Source of the DNA: a virus
Taxonomy: Duplodnaviria > Caudoviricetes
DNA: 64,000 nucleotides
Virus record (IMG/VR): IMGVR_UViG_3300033463_000025
Location: 64,001-128,000 of that record
Strand: one strand, 5' to 3'
The position numbers and the translations under genes are program-made. This document shows positions 1 through 9,792 of the stretch, in pieces (position 1 is the first letter of the stretch; each line of letters opens with the position of its first letter). The notes beneath the pieces are model-generated. The model ran no database searches and was not told the DNA's origin. It worked only from the letters and a program-made list of their open reading frames with translations.

Positions 1-1044
1 AAACAAAGCGGCATCGGTTTCAACCTGTGACATACAGTAGATAGAAGTTGCAAGTTGATAAACCATTTCTTGACTATCTGTTTCACTTAGGAGCTGACGC
101 ACATAATACTTCGGGTTAGGATTAGCATTATAATCCCATATTGTTTGTACAGAATTGACAATCCAATCAACAGCCTTAATATCCTTATTGCTAAACTTTA
201 ACCTTTTAAGGACAGCCTTCGTCTTCTGTGGGTCTTTGAAATTAAAGAGAATAGCAAGTTTACTGTGAAGCATCAACTTATCTCTTGATATTCTTTTTAG
301 TCCCTCATTAATACGAAGGTAGCTATATCCTCCATCTTTAAATTCGGGAATAATCGGTTCTAAAACATATAACAACTCATCTTTCTTAGTGATAAACCCG
401 TTTAAAGTCTTGACAAGTTCATCGTGAATACGCTCCACAGCTATATTCTTTAATAAATCCCTCTTAGCACAAAGCGTTTCATATGTGCTTGGTTCAATCC
501 AAAAGTCAAGATTATTAGCAAAACGAACAGCTCTAATTATTCTAAGAGCGTCTTCCTCAAATCTCTCTTCGGGATTGCCGACACAACGGATTAGCTTTTT
601 CTTAATATCTCTTTTACCACCATAAGGGTCAACGAATCCATCAACAGGGCTATAAGCCATAGCATTAATAGTGAAGTCACGCCTTACTAAGTCAAGATTA
701 ATGTCATCAGTAAATACTACATCGTCTGGCTGACGGTTGTTAGAATATTTACCATCCATTCTATAAGTAGTAACCTCATACATAACGCCATCGAAAACCA
801 CGCCGATAGTACCAAAGTTTTCTCCGTGGCTGGTGACTTTATAATCGTCGCTAAATAACGCCTTAGTTTCTTCGGGCTTCATGCTGGTACAAATATCCCA
901 ATCGTGAGGCTTCATTTGTCTTAGTGTATCACGCACACAACCTCCGACCACATAAGCGGTATGCCCTGCTTCGTAAATCTTATTTATGATTGTTTCAACC
1001 GCTTCTGGCAGTTGAATATAAAACTTCTTTACATTCGCTTTCAT
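1..1044 (-). CDS. cca: CCA-adding tRNA nucleotidyltransferase / poly(A) polymerase family (3' part runs off window)
   Basis: Manual translation from ATG 1044: MKANVKKFYIQLPEAV...YVVGGCVRD...DWDICT...DLVRRDFTINAMA...FEEDALRIIRAVRF (class II NTase motifs). Not in the ORF track because it is truncated. Confidence 0.9.
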   Translation of the reverse strand, partial: MKANVKKFYIQLPEAVETIINKIYEAGHTAYVVGGCVRDTLRQMKPHDWDICTSMKPEETKALFSDDYKVTSHGENFGTIGVVFDGVMYEVTTYRMDGKYSNNRQPDDVVFTDDINLDLVRRDFTINAMAYSPVDGFVDPYGGKRDIKKKLIRCVGNPEERFEEDALRIIRAVRFANNLDFWIEPSTYETLCAKRDLLKNIAVERIHDELVKTLNGFITKKDELLYVLEPIIPEFKDGGYSYLRINEGLKRISRDKLMLHSKLAILFNFKDPQKTKAVLKRLKFSNKDIKAVDWIVNSVQTIWDYNANPNPKYYVRQLLSETDSQEMVYQLATSIYCMSQVETDAALF

Positions 1045-1045
1045 A

Positions 1046-1315
1046 TTATTCTAACACAAATCCTTCCTCATCAGTAATAGCCCAACGTACATTCTCATCT
1101 TCGTTATACTCTATGTATGCACCATACTTATCGTATTCGATTTTGCCACAGACTATAAACTTTGATGTGTCATAGTTCTGGGTAATAAACTTTTCATATA
1201 TTTCCAACAAAAAAGCCTTTCGTAACTCATTCTTCGCTTCGTCAATATCCTTACATTCAATCGTGCTATTATCTTCATCGCCTAAACAGTTTTCAAAACG
1301 CATTAAACAAATCAT
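1046..1315 (-). CDS. hypothetical protein
   Basis: 89-aa ORF with AAGGAG RBS, abutting cca. Confidence 0.7.
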   Translation of the reverse strand: MICLMRFENCLGDEDNSTIECKDIDEAKNELRKAFLLEIYEKFITQNYDTSKFIVCGKIEYDKYGAYIEYNEDENVRWAITDEEGFVLE

Positions 1316-1386
1316 TCTTTTCTTCTCCTTACAAATTCATAATATTCATTTATTCAAATCCACATCATAAATAACATTACATTAGC

Positions 1387-1518
1387 TTGACAACACCTCG
1401 ATTAACGTGTTAATATAATAAGCGAGATGGGGCTACCCATAGAGTAACCCTATTCACTTATAACTGTAATGTAGTTCTCTCCCGCCAAGTTGATTGCTAC
1501 ATTACAGTTATTCTTTTT
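1387..1518 (+). ncRNA. candidate small RNA with its own promoter and terminator-like hairpin
   Basis: TTGACA 1387-1392, TG-n-TAATAT 1408-1416, perfect 15-bp stem 1460-1474/1497-1511 followed by TCTTTTT; no ORF. Confidence 0.45.
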
Positions 1519-1587
1519 GTCTACACTAATTATTGTAACATCGAAATGTGGACTTGTCAACAGAAAATTAGAATATTTGTTCTAACT

Positions 1588-1800
1588 TTAGCCGACGAAC
1601 GTTCTACAATCTGTAATATTATCTTCAGCATCACAGATTGGTCTACAGTGTTTAGCGGAAACATATTTCCACTCGTTGCCAGTCATAATAAGAAATGTCG
1701 GATAGCCATTCTTGTTCTGCTTTACATCATAGACGGTTGTTTCAAAACAACGCTCAACCGATTCGCCCTTGTTCTTGTATGTATATAATACTCTAAACAT
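1588..1800 (-). CDS. hypothetical protein
   Basis: 70-aa ORF with GGAG RBS, in operon. Confidence 0.6.
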   Translation of the reverse strand: MFRVLYTYKNKGESVERCFETTVYDVKQNKNGYPTFLIMTGNEWKYVSAKHCRPICDAEDNITDCRTFVG

Positions 1801-1802
1801 AA

Positions 1803-2042
1803 TTAAATCTCTCCGTGATAAATATACTTTCCGTAAACTGTATCGTTTCCATATTTGTCAATGTGTCGTTCGTACTGCGTTTCAATATTATACCTGCGAC
1901 GCAGGTTAAAAATGATAGCACTTAACCTTGTGGCGGCGTACAACTCGATAGCTTCTAAACTTGTTATACTCCCATGTTCCTGTAGATGCTGAAGCACTTT
2001 TAGAGCCTTATTGGTCTTTCTGTGTTTTGATTGAGTTTTCAT
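1803..2042 (-). CDS. winged-helix/HTH domain protein
   Basis: VLQHLQEHGSITSLEAIELYAATRLSAIIFNLRR; start moved to ATG 2042 (GAGGT RBS). Confidence 0.65.
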   Translation of the reverse strand: MKTQSKHRKTNKALKVLQHLQEHGSITSLEAIELYAATRLSAIIFNLRRRYNIETQYERHIDKYGNDTVYGKYIYHGEI

Positions 2043-2095
2043 TAGTAACCTCTTGAAAATAAGTATAGTGTGTTTTATAGCGTTTGTCAATAGCC

Positions 2096-2892
2096 TTATT
2101 GACTTATGTTAAAATTTGGATTATTATTTACCCATTTATTGTAAACGAATAATTTTTCTGTTACCTTAAATTGATTATCTTTGTTTCTATCGAGAGTCCT
2201 TGTAAAAGGCTTCTCCCAAATAGCAACAAAGTCATCGGGAGCAACTTGTTCTGAAATAAACATCAAATGGTTTTGACTTACAGTTCGTGCATATTCCCAA
2301 AACGCTTGACTATCAAACACCATTTTGCCATAACCTGTAGTACCGTTGTAAGGTGGGTCTGCGTAAATAACACAGCCTTCTGGTAACTCTACATCACGAT
2401 AATCTCTACAAATGAATTGTGCATCCATAAGTGTAGCCATATCCTTGAGTAAAGATTTCTTGCTTTGTGCGGCATAGTTTGTACCGCCCTTATTACGAGC
2501 ATAACCGCCAAACCATTTACCGCCGAAGCTACAGCCGAATCCAACAAAGCCAGCTAACACCTTATCATCGTTTTTATTGGCTCGAATGTTTTTATAATCT
2601 TCTTCGGATATGTAATCAGGAAGCTCGTAACCGTTCTGAACACCCTGTAACATCGCTATCAGATATTCATGGTTATCGTTCAAAATCTTGTGTTTAAATG
2701 ATGTTAGTTTACTTTCAACAGAACAAGTGCCGCAAAACAAACTGACTAACTCACAGCAGTTTTGCCCCCCCCGTTAGGCGGGAAATAACACTCGCTATTG
2801 ACTTGGAAATTCTTGATTTCCCGCCTTGATAACGCATCTATTTCCTCCGCTATTCTTTTTGCTATACGACTTTTACCGCCTAAATACTGCAT
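2096..2892 (-). CDS. Dam-like (D12 class) DNA adenine methyltransferase, out of frame at a G8 tract (phase-variable, OFF state)
   Basis: Body has LFCG and ADPPY motifs; two YxGGKS N-termini (ATG 2892 and ATG 2837) lie in the other two frames upstream of C8 at 2765-2772. Confidence 0.85.
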
Positions 2893-3227
2893 TACGAAAC
2901 AACAAATTTTTGAATCGCGCTATACAGCTTTTCACTTTCAGAGCCACATACCAGTGTGTTATAATCAACCTCATGTGCGGTATGTTCACGGCTTCTATTC
3001 TTCAAAGCGTTAGCCGCTACGCCAAGCGATGACAGGAATGATTTAGCAGAAATAATCCACTCTTCCCCATTCTCATCAAAGCCCATCAGCTTAACCTTTT
3101 CAGGGATAGCGCAAACAGCCTCATTAAACTCCTTAAAGTCATCGTGGCAGGTAAGTTCAATCTTGTATTCGTAAGTAAACATTTTCATATGCTTGTCCAT
3201 AATTAACCTCATTTCTTTATTGTACAT
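2892..3227 (-). CDS. HPr-like protein (tentative)
   Basis: DFKEFNEAV...IISAKSFL resembles the HPr Ser46 region (xAKS); size fits; no evident His15 motif. Confidence 0.4.
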   Translation of the reverse strand: MYNKEMRLIMDKHMKMFTYEYKIELTCHDDFKEFNEAVCAIPEKVKLMGFDENGEEWIISAKSFLSSLGVAANALKNRSREHTAHEVDYNTLVCGSESEKLYSAIQKFVVS

Positions 3228-3579
3228 TTTCTATTTCTTGTGTATTATCTTCTTCTGTATCGACCCTAAGTATTCTTGCAATTACGAAAACCGTAATTAC
3301 GCAAATAAGTTCAATCGCCAAAAGAATAGATAGGATAATAAGAATAACATTTAGCCATTCAGGAATTGGTATATTCATATTACGAAGTACCGAACTAACG
3401 GTAATGAATATCAAATCAACAAATGGCAGTATAGTAAAAACTTTTGGTAGAATTTTATATAACACTACTTTGTGCCTCCAAACTGGTTTTATAATAAAGC
3501 CTTTTAGCTTTACTTTGAACAATATCCCAATACTTACAATTTGGGATTGAAGTGTTGAGTATTCTTTCAATTTCTTCAT
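3217..3579 (-). CDS. putative membrane protein (start uncertain)
   Basis: Two hydrophobic segments; 5' part overlaps the next ORF. Confidence 0.45.
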   Translation of the reverse strand: MKKLKEYSTLQSQIVSIGILFKVKLKGFIIKPVWRHKVVLYKILPKVFTILPFVDLIFITVSSVLRNMNIPIPEWLNVILIILSILLAIELICVITVFVIARILRVDTEEDNTQEIENVQ

Positions 3580-4354
3580 GCTCCATTAAAGTGTGTTTAA
3601 AAACAAAAGAATACCCTTTGCTTGAATAACATCTCGGATTGCTATGATTTAACTTGGTAATTTCTAATAAATCACCTCGTATATAAATGGTGATAGGATA
3701 ATGAACATTGAAAACACCATAATTCAAATCGTCGCCGTAACTTAATCCATCACCATATTTAGTAATCCATTTATTCTCAATAGCACCATTGACATTCTTG
3801 CTTGCTGTTGGCTCATTCCCATCCCACATATCATAAGTAAAGCCTAAAAACATCGGAAAAGGAATATCGGAATTATCTGTTATTTTCTTTTTTGGCTCAA
3901 ACTTCATTATGGGTTTCCAATCATCGTGAGTTTTCGGCTTTTCATATCGCCACTCAATCCCGTTATTAAAGATACGCAAATCAATATATTCAATGTCAGG
4001 TAAAGACAACAGCCAATCTCGATACTCTTTAGCCGTGTCAAAATTACCACCATGACGTTTAATCCAGCGAAGCAAAGTATTATCAATATCTTCAAGCTGT
4101 AATTGATATTCGGATTTTTGTTTTGCCGCTTCACGAGCCTCTTTTTCTAATTCAAACATTCTCTTAGCAAACAAAACAGCTTTATCATAATCATAGAATA
4201 CATTTGATTTCTTTATATGTGGGTAATCTAAACGACCATATTCGCTTTTAATACTAACCTCATCGCAATATTGGTATTCATACCTGATTTGCCCAGGTAT
4301 AACATCGTAATGCCCTTCGGGTGTTCTATCAACAAAATATATCGTATCGCTCAT
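3455..4354 (-). CDS. hypothetical protein
   Basis: 299-aa ORF, coupled start, GAGG RBS. Confidence 0.75.
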   Translation of the reverse strand: MSDTIYFVDRTPEGHYDVIPGQIRYEYQYCDEVSIKSEYGRLDYPHIKKSNVFYDYDKAVLFAKRMFELEKEAREAAKQKSEYQLQLEDIDNTLLRWIKRHGGNFDTAKEYRDWLLSLPDIEYIDLRIFNNGIEWRYEKPKTHDDWKPIMKFEPKKKITDNSDIPFPMFLGFTYDMWDGNEPTASKNVNGAIENKWITKYGDGLSYGDDLNYGVFNVHYPITIYIRGDLLEITKLNHSNPRCYSSKGYSFVFKHTLMEHEEIERILNTSIPNCKYWDIVQSKAKRLYYKTSLEAQSSVI

Positions 4355-4740
4355 TTACTTATTTCCTCAAGAAATGGTAAGCTATCCATATAACGGTTAT
4401 ACTCTTTTATTAGGTTTTCTAAACAGATAAAGCCTGTAACCTCTTTACCAAAGTTTTCACCATAGAATGGTGTATATGGCTGACAAAAATCCTCATCAAG
4501 AACAATGATGTTATCAAAATCATTCCAGTCCGAAAAATTTTCAGTAAAAGCTATATCAATATCGTAGTCAAACTTATACTTTTTACCTTCAATAATTGAC
4601 GTTATTTCAACATAATGCGTTTTGTAAAGAACACAGCCTTCTTTTATAATCCAAATTGCATTACCCTCTTTACAACCTGCTTTGATGAGGTCGTCTTTGG
4701 TAATGCCATCTTTGAGCTTATACCTTTTAATCTGTGCCAT
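4351..4740 (-). CDS. hypothetical protein
   Basis: 129-aa ORF, GGAGG RBS. Confidence 0.75.
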   Translation of the reverse strand: MAQIKRYKLKDGITKDDLIKAGCKEGNAIWIIKEGCVLYKTHYVEITSIIEGKKYKFDYDIDIAFTENFSDWNDFDNIIVLDEDFCQPYTPFYGENFGKEVTGFICLENLIKEYNRYMDSLPFLEEISK

Positions 4741-5014
4741 TTACTCGCCTCCCGTATTGAAAGTCAGACCAATCCAAAACTTGACCGCAATCTTGACAAC
4801 GCTTATCTCTTACGCGACTACTACTACCGTTGCCGCTTCGTACTCGTCTACCACAAGTTGGGCAACAGCATTGTGTATGACTGCCTAAAACTTTTCTCGG
4901 CGTGAGCATACCAATCACATTATTTAGTGCTATCGTAACATTTACAGGAGCATCGTTAAGCTGTACCATCACAGCCGCGTCTTTTAGGCTATCGAGCAGT
5001 TCAATACTATTCAT
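4727..5014 (-). CDS. zinc-ribbon protein
   Basis: CPTC...CQDCGQVLDWS. Confidence 0.7.
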   Translation of the reverse strand: MNSIELLDSLKDAAVMVQLNDAPVNVTIALNNVIGMLTPRKVLGSHTQCCCPTCGRRVRSGNGSSSRVRDKRCQDCGQVLDWSDFQYGRRVNGTD

Positions 5015-5199
5015 TTTTTATTTATCCCCATTTTATACTTATGGCATTTATATCTGCCATATCTTCTACGTTTCTTACCTTTTGCAATCCGAAACATCAT
5101 AATCGCCACAACGAGCTGAAGGAAATTTAATATACAAATTGTAAACGAATAATTACCTTTCAGCATTTCGTTCACAATGGTCTTAAAATATTCAATCAT
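5011..5199 (-). CDS. small membrane-anchored hypothetical protein
   Basis: One hydrophobic helix and a basic tail. Confidence 0.5.
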   Translation of the reverse strand: MIEYFKTIVNEMLKGNYSFTICILNFLQLVVAIMMFRIAKGKKRRRYGRYKCHKYKMGINKK

Positions 5200-5217
5200 A
5201 TGTATTTGTAATCCTTA

Positions 5218-5724
5218 TCATTTTATTTTTCTTTCAACAACAACTATGGTATCATTGTGCCAACCGCCGTGTGGGACGAGTAACACTTCTTCAATTTCAA
5301 ATCCGTATTTCTTTCCTATACCGCCAGAGTTCCAGCTACAAGTAATAACCTTGCCATTCGATTTTACTATTCGCCCTATCTGTTCTTTTTGTTTAGACCA
5401 GTAACTTGCCTGTGTGGTCTGCATATTCACGGTATAATTCAGTTGTTTATAACACTCGCTCACCTGCCGTGGTGAGAACGGCGGGTCATATAAAACCATA
5501 TCAACAGAGTCATCATCAAATAAAGCCAAAAAGTCTGTAGCGTCCAAATGATAATCTGTATTGTACTGTGTGTCTAAATCATTAGTAACAGTAGCGAGTT
5601 TATTCTTATTAGCAAAAGGGTCGATTATAATGCCCCCCCCGATATGCCGAGCTAACAGCTCTTTAATCGGTGGAACATCAAATGTGTTCTTGCTCGGCAT
5701 AGCCCATTTTCGGCTTATTTTCAT
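5218..5724 (-). CDS. small adenine-specific DNA methyltransferase with in-frame G8 tract (ON state)
   Basis: IIDPFAN and VLYDPPF motifs; C8 at 5633-5640 encodes GGG; ATG 5724 overlaps the metK stop. Confidence 0.85.
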   Translation of the reverse strand: MKISRKWAMPSKNTFDVPPIKELLARHIGGGIIIDPFANKNKLATVTNDLDTQYNTDYHLDATDFLALFDDDSVDMVLYDPPFSPRQVSECYKQLNYTVNMQTTQASYWSKQKEQIGRIVKSNGKVITCSWNSGGIGKKYGFEIEEVLLVPHGGWHNDTIVVVERKIK

Positions 5725-6509
5725 CGAATCAAACCCCATTCGGCAAACTTTTCAAAACCGCCGACGCTTTTAATATATGCACGAGCGACGTTTACAATTT
5801 GCTCATACGGAATACCGTCAATAGACTCATCACCAATAGCGCAACACATTTCGACTGGTTTACCTGTTTCTTGGGCTTTAAGATGAGCGTAAATGTTTAC
5901 ACTTACATCAGCCTTTGAAAAGTCCTTCCCCATTAAGCCGCCGCCTGTGACAGAATCACCCATATCAGAGCCGAGTTTACGATTTGTAGCACCTGTGTCA
6001 ACCTCTACGCCGCCCGTCCAATAACCAAGCGGATTGACGATTGCATCAGGATATAATTTTGCAATATCAAATTTTTCTGCAAAACTTTGACAAATAATCA
6101 GCTTGTCGCCGTTGAGAATATACTTGCCATCGCTACCATACTTGTCATATAAGCGATGTGCTATATCAGATAAAGCCTTCTGTTCTGCCGTTACAGGCAT
6201 ACCCCTAAAGATACCGTTATCGCCACAGCGGATTTTACCATGCTGATTCGCGGCAAGGTGAATATCTTGCGACACAAGACGGAAATCTGTGAGCAGTTTA
6301 TTCCCACCAATGCGATTAACAATATTGTCTGTCTCATCCCAAGTGATATTTACAGAGCTTTCAACTATGATATGGCAAATACCATGACCGATAAGCACTT
6401 CAACCGCAATCCGTGGATTCTCCGCTTTGGAATACGCTAAGTCAACTAATGCGCCAGCAATTCTATCGGCTATCTTATCAGGGTGTGACGGATTAACTTT
6501 CTCGAACAT
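5721..6509 (-). CDS. metK: S-adenosylmethionine synthetase, compact phage type
   Basis: EKVNPSHPDKIADRIA, GDNG, DTGATNRKL, GGGLMGKDFSKADVS match MetK signatures. Confidence 0.9.
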   Translation of the reverse strand: MFEKVNPSHPDKIADRIAGALVDLAYSKAENPRIAVEVLIGHGICHIIVESSVNITWDETDNIVNRIGGNKLLTDFRLVSQDIHLAANQHGKIRCGDNGIFRGMPVTAEQKALSDIAHRLYDKYGSDGKYILNGDKLIICQSFAEKFDIAKLYPDAIVNPLGYWTGGVEVDTGATNRKLGSDMGDSVTGGGLMGKDFSKADVSVNIYAHLKAQETGKPVEMCCAIGDESIDGIPYEQIVNVARAYIKSVGGFEKFAEWGLIR

Positions 6510-6684
6510 CTCTTACTTCCTCTCTTGTAATGATTGTATCTTCTTTTATTTCGCACATTTTTAATAAATCGTCTTGACAGGTACAAGCGCATGAAAGCGA
6601 ACAACCATAACACGGTTTATATGGTTTGCTGTTACATTTAATCATCAACTTTGCAAATTCTTCTTTTGTACAAATGATTTTCAC
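6493..6684 (-). CDS. small Cys-rich hypothetical protein
   Basis: GTG start with GAGG RBS; fills the gap in the operon. Confidence 0.55.
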   Translation of the reverse strand: MKIICTKEEFAKLMIKCNSKPYKPCYGCSLSCACTCQDDLLKMCEIKEDTIITREEVRDVRES

Positions 6685-7432
6685 GCAACATTCCTCGCTT
6701 TATTAATTCGTTCTTTAGCAATCTCATACATCTGTAAATCGTTTTCAATACCAATGAATCTTCTTTTGGTATTGATGCACGCCTCGCCAGTTGAGCCGCT
6801 ACCCATGCAGTTATCAAGGACAACATCATCCTCGTTGGTATATGTATTTATTAACCATTCTAAAAGTGCAACAGGCTTTTGCGTCGGGTGAAGTCTGCTA
6901 CCGTCCCTTGAATAGCTCAATATCGACAAAGGATTTCTCGCTCCGTCAAGCGACTCAGTATAAGCTACACCTCTATCGCCGTAGTTATCAGAAAGACTAC
7001 CGTTTTTAGTTTTCTTATATGGTGTTGAATACCATAGCTGTTTATTATATGTGGGTTTCTTTTTATAGAAGATTGCAATTTCCTCATGGGATTTCAAAGG
7101 TTTCACATTAGCATTAAGAAAATCAGAGCCACGTTGTTTATCCCATATAAGGTTATAACGCCACATCTTTTTATTTGATAACATAAGGTCTGCCATAAAC
7201 AAACCATCGCAAAACAAAGCTATACAACCGTTCTGTTTGATAATTCTGTTGTACTGTTCCCATAGCTTTTCAAATGGAATAACAGTGTCCCATTTATTTC
7301 TTGTCGTTCCGTATGGAAGGTCGCAACAAATCATATCAATACAACCGTCAGGGAGTTGGCTCATAACCGATAAACAATCTTGTCGCCAAAGGCTTACCCC
7401 CCCCGACTCAGAAGATTATTTATATCAAGCAT
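6681..7432 (-). CDS. beta-class N4/N6 DNA methyltransferase, N-terminus out of frame at a G8 tract (OFF state)
   Basis: DLPY, HPTQKP, VLDNCMGSGSTG; ATG 7432 with AAGGAG RBS reads MLDINNLLSRGG* through C8 at 7397-7404; +1 G fuses it to VSLWRQDCLSVMSQLPD. Confidence 0.85.
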
Positions 7433-7718
7433 ACTCTACTCCTTCGGGCGGCTCAGGCAATTCAGCCCAAAAACGCACATTAGTTATTTCATAAAATCCG
7501 TATTCGGAATCATAATCAAACCAACCGCTTTTACCATTCTTATCAGCAAAGTCATATTCATCTACATTAATTAGATTATTAGCGTATTTAGCTATTCTAA
7601 GAAAATAATATCCGCTAAGTGTATAAGACTTCGCAAAAATGAGGTAAGGTCTTCTATCTAACTTTGGAGGGTCTAACTGTGCATCGTGCCAAATTACTTT
7701 TGTAGCATTATCGTTCAT
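7425..7718 (-). CDS. DUF551-like hypothetical protein
   Basis: WH...PP start and VRFWAELPEPP C-terminus, a common phage pattern. Confidence 0.6.
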   Translation of the reverse strand: MNDNATKVIWHDAQLDPPKLDRRPYLIFAKSYTLSGYYFLRIAKYANNLINVDEYDFADKNGKSGWFDYDSEYGFYEITNVRFWAELPEPPEGVEYA

Positions 7719-7743
7719 ATCGTTTCCTTATATTTCTATTGAC

Positions 7744-9278
7744 TTATGTTATAGATTTTAATAAATGGGCTATGACTTCAACAGTCCAGCCGTTACCTAA
7801 ACATTTATATGCTTGTGAGTTGCTAATCACACTAAAGTCATACCATTCTGGTACTGTCTGCAACCGCATACATTCTCTTACTGTTAGTTTACGAATTATG
7901 TAAAAGCCATCAGACAACTTAATCGGATATGTTTTTCCTTTAATTGTTATCTGTCCATTGACAACTTCGTAAACCGTATATACTTTACCATCGGCAAAGC
8001 TCTTAGCTTTTATAGGTATATCATCTTGCCATTCACACGGTTCAGCATAATGTAACGGATTTTGTGTATTAATCGTTACAGCATACAGCCCTGTCTTACC
8101 ACCAAGACCACCACCATTAGCAGACAACGTAACAGATTTGCCATCTTGCGAATATACCCTCATCGCTTGAGAATTATTTGTTTCTCCATTCGATGACGGC
8201 ATACATCCTACCTGTTCAGCTACCATGCTTTTACAGCCTTTTTCTATAGTATGGCTCACATAGTTCCCTATGTTTTCTCCGCTACCGTTTTTATATCCTG
8301 CTGTTAAGCAATAAGATTTATCGTTCTTAGTCATTCCCACTGGCTCTGCAACACCACTCGCGCCATATGTTGAAGTGTATTTACAGATGTTTGCAATACT
8401 CGTTTGTTGATATTGTGCCTTAATAGTTTGTGACTTTCCTTCACCAGTCGTATTCACTGGTTCAATCGTTCGGGCAACAACGTCGCTCGTTGGATTAGAT
8501 GCTAAACAATATGCTTTATCTTTTACACCAACTCTACGATTGCTTAAATCACCAACCATTGAAAACGCTTTAGGTAACGCAACAGGCTCAACCGCCATAT
8601 TTCGTTGATGCCGCTCTATGGTGTTCCACGCAACCGCACCGCCATAAGCTGTGGTTAGCGTCCAGCCTTTTTCGTTGCTCGTCAAATCATCGGCGTTATT
8701 TTCGAGAATATCTCTTAGTAATATTCCTCTATCCTCTGGCTGTTCTATATCCGCCTTTTGATATGTACCATCTTCTTGACGAATACCAACCCAATACAAC
8801 CGCTGACGGTTTTGAGCTGAAACAAGTGCAGAATTTATACAAATCGGCTCAAATCCAAATGTGTCAGAAATGCTGTCATAAATAGCTCTTGACATTGATT
8901 TGTTGTTTTCGTAAAGAAAGTATTTCGGTTTTGCTTCTTTAATAGCTCTTACAAACTGGCTAAACAATTCCCAGCCCATACCGCTTGCTTCTGTTTCGCG
9001 GTTGTTCTTTTGAGCGATGCTCCAAAAAGTACAGGGCGAACCTCCGATAAGATAATCAATACCGTCAAACTGCGTATAGTCTGCATCAAATACATCACCA
9101 CACTGGATGATACTCGGAAAGTTATGCTGGCTAACTTGAATAGCATACTTATCTATCTCATAAGCATAATAGTCTTTGACTTCTATACCAAGTCTTTTGA
9201 ACGCCAACATACCACAAGACATTCCATCAAATAAACTAAGAACAGATACCCCATCTTGTGATGAAATATCTCTTTCAT
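7744..9278 (-). CDS. C5 cytosine DNA methyltransferase (start unresolved)
   Basis: VLSLFDG (motif I, upstream of track start 9222), GGSPC, YENN, QNRQR, GNGW; long variable region. Confidence 0.9.
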
Positions 9279-9477
9279 TACAATAATGTTAGTTACGATT
9301 GGCTTATAATCTGACTTTCTATAAATCGCACACAACTATCAATAATTGTAAGAAGAAAATAACTAACGGAATTATGGGGTGTTTAGTAATATGAATCAGG
9401 ATAAAAGAGATATTTCCTTATACTCGTTTATCCTACAATTACAATTATAACACTATTTATAACATAAGTCAATAGTT

Positions 9478-9792
9478 TTATAAATATTTGTTATTCTGTT
9501 CCATATCTCTTGTTATAAAACGAAAAGTAGGTACAATCCTTAGCTTTTCAGATATTTGAGCTAACTCTAAGCAAGTGAAATCGTATTTACCGCTACACCA
9601 TAGCGTTAGCTTACTTTTGCTGATATTAAAAAATTTACAAACCTGCTTTTTACTTATGCCACACTCATAAAATGATTTTAAATAATCAGTTATATAATCT
9701 GCAACTTGCATTTTCAACTTATCAGCAGTTCTTTCTGGGTGGACATATTCACCTAATAAATCTCTATTTCGGTAATAATCATTAAACAGCAT
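9478..9792 (-). CDS. XRE-like HTH protein
   Basis: GISKKQVCKFFNISKSKLTLWCSG. Confidence 0.6.
   Translation of the reverse strand: MLFNDYYRNRDLLGEYVHPERTADKLKMQVADYITDYLKSFYECGISKKQVCKFFNISKSKLTLWCSGKYDFTCLELAQISEKLRIVPTFRFITRDMEQNNKYL

Noticed and set aside
1017-1048. Possible non-AUG start or read-through into cca
   Set aside because: Recounting shows ATG 1044 is in frame, so it is an ordinary start.
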